This document shows, piece after piece, positions 58,482 to 64,000 of a stretch of DNA of 64,000 nt. The stretch's first letter is position 1; the number at the start of each line of letters is the position of its first letter. This DNA is from a bacterium (lineage in GTDB: Bacteria > Patescibacteriota > Patescibacteriia > UBA10025), in NCBI GenBank assembly GCA_021815445.1, contig JAKAGM010000001.1, positions 299,527 through 363,526 of the forward strand, given 5' to 3'. The notes beneath the pieces were generated by a model. It did not search any database, was not told the origin of the DNA, and saw only the letters and a list, made by a program, of their open reading frames with translations. A program made the translations under genes and the position numbers.

Positions 58482-59153
58482 ATGAACAACATCTTGCTCA
58501 ACCCACTGACGATATATATAAAGAGGCTGCTGGTTGCATTAAGCTTGCAGACGGTTAATTATAAAAAACACCTGTCCATTGGCAATATGAGTGTGGTAAA
58601 AAATTGCCATTTTGGAACATACAATACTATATATGAGAATGCACGCCTCATCGACGTTACCGTTGGCGATTTTACCTACTTTTCCAGCAATTCGTGGGTT
58701 AGCAACGCCGTTATTGGTAAATTCTGCTCAATCGGTCCCGGAGTCATGTGCGGATTAGGCATACATCCAACTTCATTCGTATCGACCCATCCAGCTTTTT
58801 ACTCGACTCAAAAACAAGCTCAAGTAACATTTGCAACCAAGAATCTTTTTGATGAACATAAAATGACAAACATCGGCAATGATGTCTGGATTGGTGCTCG
58901 TGCAATCATACTTGACGGGGTCACAATCGGTGACGGAGCAATCATTGCCGCAGGTGCAGTAGTGACAAAAAATGTTGCTCCCTATGCGATAATGGGTGGG
59001 GTTCCTGCGACTATCATTAAATACCGATTTGGAGACGACGAAATTAAGTCGTTATTGCGACTACAGTGGTGGAATAGAGACCCTCAATGGTTACAACTTC
59101 ACTCAGAACAGTTCACAAAAGTATCAGAATTCCTCAGGTCTAGGTCCGGATAA
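58482..59153 (+). CDS. Hexapeptide-repeat O-acetyltransferase (XAT/CatB-Vat-like)
   Basis: 223 aa. VWIGARAIILDGVTIGDGAIIAAGAVVTKNVAPYAIMGGVPATIIKYRF is the left-handed beta-helix xenobiotic acetyltransferase C-terminus. Confidence 0.85.
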   Translation: MNNILLNPLTIYIKRLLVALSLQTVNYKKHLSIGNMSVVKNCHFGTYNTIYENARLIDVTVGDFTYFSSNSWVSNAVIGKFCSIGPGVMCGLGIHPTSFVSTHPAFYSTQKQAQVTFATKNLFDEHKMTNIGNDVWIGARAIILDGVTIGDGAIIAAGAVVTKNVAPYAIMGGVPATIIKYRFGDDEIKSLLRLQWWNRDPQWLQLHSEQFTKVSEFLRSRSG

Positions 59154-59183
59154 AGCCGCCTACTAGATTTAGGAAGGGTTCAG

Positions 59184-59999
59184 TCATGTAGCCGAATTCA
59201 TCAAGCGCTGGCGTTTTTTTTCGATTCGCACGCTGATATCATAGCCGAATATAATCACCGCTATACCGCGTAGTAGGTAAAAATACTGCGATAACCTGAT
59301 AAACAGGCCTTTTGAGTATTTTCTCTGAAGTTGAAATGATTCAAAGAGATGTTTCATGGTTTTAGTCGCACTTTTTGTCTGCATATAATAGCGAGCATTC
59401 GAAATAACCCATGGGAGTGTAATAGGCTCAGCTACCGCGGCCATGCGAAGCCATAAATCATAATCCATAGACAGGTGTAAGCTCTCGTCAATAAGCCCGA
59501 CTTTTAGGAAAAAATCCTTCCGATAAAAGCAGCTTGGTTGGACTATAGTATCCACACATAGTAATTTATTTTTTGAGTATACTTCCGGCATTTTCACCAC
59601 GAATTCGCGACCCTCTAAATCGACAAATTTCCATCCCCCATACCCCCACTGAGCTTCCGGGTACTTGAGAAATTGCTCGACGACGCTACCAAGAACCTGC
59701 GGTTCATAATAGTCGTCAGAATTCAAGTATGTGAGCAACTCGCCGGTGGCAAGCTTGGATCCCTTATTAATCGCATCAGACTGGCCGCGGTCAGGCTCGG
59801 AAATAAATCGGAAACGGATACCTTTTTTTTCGATTAACGGTCTAAATTTTTCCACAATGTGCGCCGTTTCGTCAGTAGACTTCCCGTCAACAATAATGAA
59901 CTCAAGATCTAGGTCGTCAGGCTGGCGCAATATACTCTCAATAGTCTGAGAAATAAATTTGCCCTGATTGAACGATGGTGTGATAATTGAAAGTCGCAT
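59184..59999 (-). CDS. Family 2 glycosyltransferase (GT-A)
   Basis: 271 aa. LSIITPSFNQGKFISQTIESIL...IIVDGKSTD...LNSDD(Y) are GT2 N-terminal and DxD motifs. Confidence 0.88.
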   Translation of the reverse strand: MRLSIITPSFNQGKFISQTIESILRQPDDLDLEFIIVDGKSTDETAHIVEKFRPLIEKKGIRFRFISEPDRGQSDAINKGSKLATGELLTYLNSDDYYEPQVLGSVVEQFLKYPEAQWGYGGWKFVDLEGREFVVKMPEVYSKNKLLCVDTIVQPSCFYRKDFFLKVGLIDESLHLSMDYDLWLRMAAVAEPITLPWVISNARYYMQTKSATKTMKHLFESFQLQRKYSKGLFIRLSQYFYLLRGIAVIIFGYDISVRIEKKRQRLMNSAT

Positions 60000-60008
60000 A
60001 ATATATTT

Positions 60009-61556
60009 TTACATTATTTTAAATAGTGAGACGTCCCGTCCGCTAAACAAGGATATATAATGATTGTTTTGGTATAACGCGATGAGCGCATCTAATTTGC
60101 CGTTGCCTTCGAAGCTGTTTTTCATGAATAAAAAGTACTTTACGTTCTTCTCCTTAAAATACCTTAAACTTGAATCGGCCGATGGAGTATTTAAGGCAAT
60201 ACAACCGACATCAGCAGCATTGCAAAGCGTCCTACTCGTGGAAAAGTAACGTATATCACGGTCGGTGAGCATGCTGTCGTGGTATGTTTCAGATACGGCG
60301 TTGAAATTTGAATATACTAAATCATCCTTGCCTGAGACTTGATTCAATAATCGGAGTGCCTCGATTTGCTGCGCTGTCACCTTGTTAGATTGATTATACA
60401 GATTATAAACCCTATTAGCGCCGGCTGTAACTATCAATACTATAAAAATTGAAGAGATCACTACCATAATTTTCCTATTGAATCCCATGCGCGACAACTG
60501 AAAAATATAAAAAGCAGAAAAAACAGCTACAACGGTCCCCGCTAAAAAGATTATTCTTTCGAAATAGAAATTAACCCCAAGTTTATACGTTTGTGAGAGA
60601 CCCGCTATCACAATAAAAAATATAACCGGCAATAATTTGTAGGAGCGTATATTTTCTTTAAAACGGGTTACATATACCAATATGCCAAGGCATGCGGTAA
60701 CGAAGACGAAATCACCAAGATACGTGTGAAACTCGGAAAAAGGGATTACTTTCATAAATTTATTTGACGAAATTGAAAGCCAAAAAGCATGTTTCGCCTC
60801 TTTAAAAACAGGCAAATAAAGTTTAAAGAAGAAAAGAAGCGGTAAAAACAACAGGCATATGGCCAATAATCGAAAATACCTATTCAAAGCAAAAAAGATT
60901 TTCTTGATTTCGCTTCTGAGTGTTTTGTTGATTCCTATAAGTAATGCCACATATACTATGTATGTCAAAATGTAAATCGGCGCAGTTAAATAATTATGAG
61001 TTAGGTATAGTGCTAGGAGAAACACCGCAATTAGAATGGGGTAGATTTTTTTTCTGGTTGCAAAATATTTGTATGTAAAATAATAAGTAATATTAATGTA
61101 CACAAAGGCCAGAAGGTTGGAAACTGTTGAACCGATAAATAAACGTATTATTGAAAAACTTCCTAAGAGCGCAATGGGAAGAAGTATTGAGGAAAATTTT
61201 CCGTAAATCCTGCCAACTAAATAGCAACTGAGGAGCAACAACAGAATGAGGAATATCTGATATATCGAAAAAAGTGGGAAAACAATATCGAGATTAGTCA
61301 CGATATTCAGTAAAGCAAGATTTAAGTCGGTTAGTGGAGCCGTATATGCCCCCGAACCGTGGTACGTGAGCTGATAAGGCTTGGGCAAAGTATTATTATC
61401 CACAATCCAATGCACATCATTAATATAAACAGCCGCATCAACGCCAGGCGGCACTGGCTTAACAACTGCATAGAGAAAGATTGCAACCCCAAGGCAAAAA
61501 ACAAAAAAAAGCATTAGGCTAAATAAAATTTGCGCGTGTTTACGATAAAAATTCAT
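60009..61556 (-). CDS. Polytopic membrane protein with C-terminal soluble domain (candidate GT-C/polymerase/oligosaccharyltransferase-like)
   Basis: 515 aa with ~11 hydrophobic segments. Acidic/aromatic first external loop (PPGVDAAVYINDVHW). ~150-aa hydrophilic C-terminus. No firm family. Confidence 0.5.
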   Translation of the reverse strand: MNFYRKHAQILFSLMLFFVFCLGVAIFLYAVVKPVPPGVDAAVYINDVHWIVDNNTLPKPYQLTYHGSGAYTAPLTDLNLALLNIVTNLDIVFPLFSIYQIFLILLLLLSCYLVGRIYGKFSSILLPIALLGSFSIIRLFIGSTVSNLLAFVYINITYYFTYKYFATRKKIYPILIAVFLLALYLTHNYLTAPIYILTYIVYVALLIGINKTLRSEIKKIFFALNRYFRLLAICLLFLPLLFFFKLYLPVFKEAKHAFWLSISSNKFMKVIPFSEFHTYLGDFVFVTACLGILVYVTRFKENIRSYKLLPVIFFIVIAGLSQTYKLGVNFYFERIIFLAGTVVAVFSAFYIFQLSRMGFNRKIMVVISSIFIVLIVTAGANRVYNLYNQSNKVTAQQIEALRLLNQVSGKDDLVYSNFNAVSETYHDSMLTDRDIRYFSTSRTLCNAADVGCIALNTPSADSSLRYFKEKNVKYFLFMKNSFEGNGKLDALIALYQNNHYISLFSGRDVSLFKIM

Positions 61557-61579
61557 AAAACGAATTTGTTACGACCATG

Positions 61580-62731
61580 CTATATTGTAACATTTCTTTT
61601 GCTAAGTATCGAGACGTAAACATTTTCCAGCTGCTGAGCGATCAGGTCCCAGGTATTGTTTCTGGAAACTTTTTCATATCCAGTTTTTCCCATTATGAGG
61701 CTACGATCCGGATGAAGAGTTAGGTAGTCTATTTTTTCCACTAACTCACCAAGGTTTCCTTTCTCAAAAAGCAATCCGTCCTTCCCGTCCTCTACAACTG
61801 ATTGAAGCGCGGGCAAGTTGCTCGCTACCACCGGTTTCCCGCACGCAAATGCCTCTATGAGAACAATCCCAAACGATTCATTGTCAGATGGAAGGACCAA
61901 AAAGTCAGATTGGTGAAGATACTGACTGATCTCTTTGTTCGCTACTCTTCCGATAAAAGTAATGTGTTTGCTAATTCCCAATTGAATGGCCAAGTCCTCG
62001 TATGCCTGGCGCATGTCACCGTCACCGATCACAATCAAATGTGTTGGGGCCGCTGTGAGCGGGATAACTTTCATGAGCAGGTCCAATCTTTTGTAGTAGT
62101 GGGCCCTATCGAGCGCTCCAATGAAACATATTATCGGGATCTGGCTCGGAATGTGAAATTTCTTTCTCATGTCAACCCCACGGCCAGTGCTCACAAAATC
62201 ACGAAGGTTGATGCCGTTCGGAATTATTATTATTTTTTCATTAATGTTCTTAAGGGATAAAATTTGCGAGCTGTTAATATGATTTCGAGTAAGTGCTATT
62301 ATTTTGTTTGCGTCATACATGACGTGTTTTCTGAAAAGACCATTATACGTTGAAAAAATCGCCTTTCTGAGGATGCTGTCCCCCTGGATATCAACGTGAT
62401 AATTAACTACATAGGGTATGTGATACTGACGGGCAGCATTTCTCACAAATATATCCCCTCCGAAAAATGGGTAATGTAAGTGGAGCATATCAAAATCTGC
62501 TAATTTCTTGCGAAGAGATGGTATAAAGCTTGCATTACCAACAGTCAATAGGGGTCTTATATACTGTATCTTAAATGGGGTGATCCCGTGATATCGCCCA
62601 TGGCGTGGCCACGGCACGAATACGGTGACTGCATGCCCACGTCGGCTCAAGGCTTCAGCTTGATAAAAACATACATTACCTATCCCCCCCTCGTAAGGAG
62701 GAAATGTTGAGCTAATATGCGCAATGTTCAT
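61580..62731 (-). CDS. Family 4 glycosyltransferase (GT-B, retaining)
   Basis: 383 aa. MNIAHISSTFPPYEGGIGNV N-terminus. C-terminal E...E GT4 region (IVLIEAFACGKPVVASN). Confidence 0.9.
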   Translation of the reverse strand: MNIAHISSTFPPYEGGIGNVCFYQAEALSRRGHAVTVFVPWPRHGRYHGITPFKIQYIRPLLTVGNASFIPSLRKKLADFDMLHLHYPFFGGDIFVRNAARQYHIPYVVNYHVDIQGDSILRKAIFSTYNGLFRKHVMYDANKIIALTRNHINSSQILSLKNINEKIIIIPNGINLRDFVSTGRGVDMRKKFHIPSQIPIICFIGALDRAHYYKRLDLLMKVIPLTAAPTHLIVIGDGDMRQAYEDLAIQLGISKHITFIGRVANKEISQYLHQSDFLVLPSDNESFGIVLIEAFACGKPVVASNLPALQSVVEDGKDGLLFEKGNLGELVEKIDYLTLHPDRSLIMGKTGYEKVSRNNTWDLIAQQLENVYVSILSKRNVTI

Positions 62732-62744
62732 CTCTCGCTGACCG

Positions 62745-63782
62745 TTATTCTGTTAGGCTAAGCTCCTTAACGGGAATACCAAAGCGACGAAACCATGAAA
62801 CAATCTCCTTGCTTCCAACAACAGTGTATTTCCGCACTGCTTTCCTTTTTGCTACTATGCGCGGCAAAGATACGATTGCGGATATCCACGCCGAACATAC
62901 TATCATGACTAAGCGTACCCCGGAGGATTCCCCTGCCAATTTTGCCGCTGAGCCCTTCCGTGCAAAAACTCCGTATAACTGGTAACAATACCTCTGTAAA
63001 GTATAGAGGGGGCTGCGAAGTAAAAGTGGTAAAGGAAACAGCTTTGCCGCGAACCACACCCTGTTCCTTTCTACCAAGAATGCTTTGCGTGCCGAGTATT
63101 TGCCCACAGTTGCAGAGTATCTGTGATACAGCTTAGCATCCGGAACGTACAGACATGTCCACCCTCCTAATCTGGCGCGAAATCCCAGATCGCTGTCTTC
63201 AAGGAAAAATTGGTAATCTTCATCGAATAACCCTATCGTATCAAGCATATCTTTTCGATACATCCCCGCACACCCGCTTGGAAAAAAAACCTCTAGGGAT
63301 TTATCAAACTGCCCGCTGTCTCTCTGCATCCTTCCTCTCCCTCGGCAAATACCGTCGGGATAAATGAGTAAGCCGGTGCTGTCTATGACGTCACGACGGT
63401 AGAAGTTCAATATTTTGGTCGCCCACATTCCTACGGCTGGCAGAGACCTTTCGGCAGCTTCAACCAATCGGGATAAGAAGTTTTCATCAAGTTCAACATC
63501 GTTGTTCAGCACCAACACATATTTTCCTTTTGCCAACCGTATCCCGGCATTATTACCAGCTGAAAAGCTGTTTTCTGCGCAAATAACGGTAGTAATTCTA
63601 TCCGATCTCCCGTTGAGATACTGGAGCGATCCGTCTGTTGACCCGGTATCTACAAAGATGACCTCGTAGCGGGTATACGTTTGCTTGAAAATGGATGAAA
63701 TGAGTGCTTCAAGAAATTTTCGTCCGTTTCGGTTGAGAATGATAAGCGAAATAACGGGGTATGATCCCATAACTGAAGGCAT
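62745..63782 (-). CDS. Family 2 glycosyltransferase (GT-A)
   Basis: VISLIILNRNGRKFLEALISSI...VIFVDTGSTDGS...NNDVEL...(D)SDLGFR. ATG at 63780-63782 chosen. The ORF track extends to a TTG at 63797. Confidence 0.85.
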   Translation of the reverse strand: MPSVMGSYPVISLIILNRNGRKFLEALISSIFKQTYTRYEVIFVDTGSTDGSLQYLNGRSDRITTVICAENSFSAGNNAGIRLAKGKYVLVLNNDVELDENFLSRLVEAAERSLPAVGMWATKILNFYRRDVIDSTGLLIYPDGICRGRGRMQRDSGQFDKSLEVFFPSGCAGMYRKDMLDTIGLFDEDYQFFLEDSDLGFRARLGGWTCLYVPDAKLYHRYSATVGKYSARKAFLVERNRVWFAAKLFPLPLLLRSPLYTLQRYCYQLYGVFARKGSAAKLAGESSGVRLVMIVCSAWISAIVSLPRIVAKRKAVRKYTVVGSKEIVSWFRRFGIPVKELSLTE

Positions 63783-63783
63783 G

Positions 63784-64000
63784 CTAACGTTTTTCAATTG
63801 TCTTCAGGGTCTCTTCTCGGGTGAACGCTTCAATCCGTTTTTCCATGCGTCTAACAATTACATAATTTCTAAACGTAATGCCAAAGAGTACAACGATTGC
63901 CACCACAACGACGAGGTCAAACGTACGGCTAATACTAAAACTTGTCAGTATGAACTGCACGCTCCGCGGATAAATAACGACAGCGATAAGTCCTACCCAC
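63784..64000 (-). CDS. Partial CDS (C-terminus only) of a hydrophobic membrane protein, first visible gene of the minus-strand glycosyltransferase operon
   Basis: Reverse translation ...WVGLIAVVIYPRSVQFILTSFSISRTFDLVVVVAIVVLFGITFRNYVIVRRMEKRIEAFTREETLKTIEKR with stop at 63784-63786, 1 nt from the next gene start. Confidence 0.4.
   Translation of the reverse strand, partial: WVGLIAVVIYPRSVQFILTSFSISRTFDLVVVVAIVVLFGITFRNYVIVRRMEKRIEAFTREETLKTIEKR

Overview
This 64-kb window looks like a small-genome, Gram-positive-like bacterium (CPR/Patescibacteria-like gene content) with two contrasting halves. Positions 1-27.6 kb are core housekeeping genes, almost all on the minus strand with tight ATGA-type overlaps. 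They include a partial SecD-like gene with parvulin domains, a secreted FG-GAP/L,D-transpeptidase, secA, speA-speB (arginine decarboxylase and agmatinase) and hpf. There is a truncated dcw cluster murB-murC-murG-ftsW-murD-mraY and a divergent type IV pilus assembly operon pilB-pilC-pilM-pilN-pilO. Then come rpmA, pyrG-rplI-acyP-ctpA-murA and a PEGA-domain protein. Positions 27.6-64 kb form a ~36-kb cell-surface glycan island. Its parts, in order: (1) dTDP-rhamnose genes rmlC-rmlB-rmlD-rmlA (transcription order on the minus strand) with ahcY embedded. (2) A GT-C (ArnT/PMT-like) glycosyltransferase flanked by two paralogous ~140-aa multi-TM proteins and a large membrane-anchored exported protein. 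(3) A visibly GC-richer insert with two convergent genes and paired terminators. (4) A Wzm/Wzt ABC exporter. (5) A lower-GC block encoding a complete legionaminic-acid-type nonulosonic acid pathway. (6) A HisF/HisH/PseA-like amidotransferase trio, two oxidoreductases and a methyltransferase with a Trm112-like zinc ribbon. (7) Two tandem paralogous Kps/Capsule_synth-like transferases, a GT42/DUF115-like transferase with the GNGPSL motif and an O-acetyltransferase. (8) A convergent operon of GT2, GT4 and polytopic membrane proteins. No rRNA, tRNA, CRISPR array or transposase was recognised. All calls rest on reading the six-frame translations against remembered family motifs. No database search was run, and GC contrasts are by eye.
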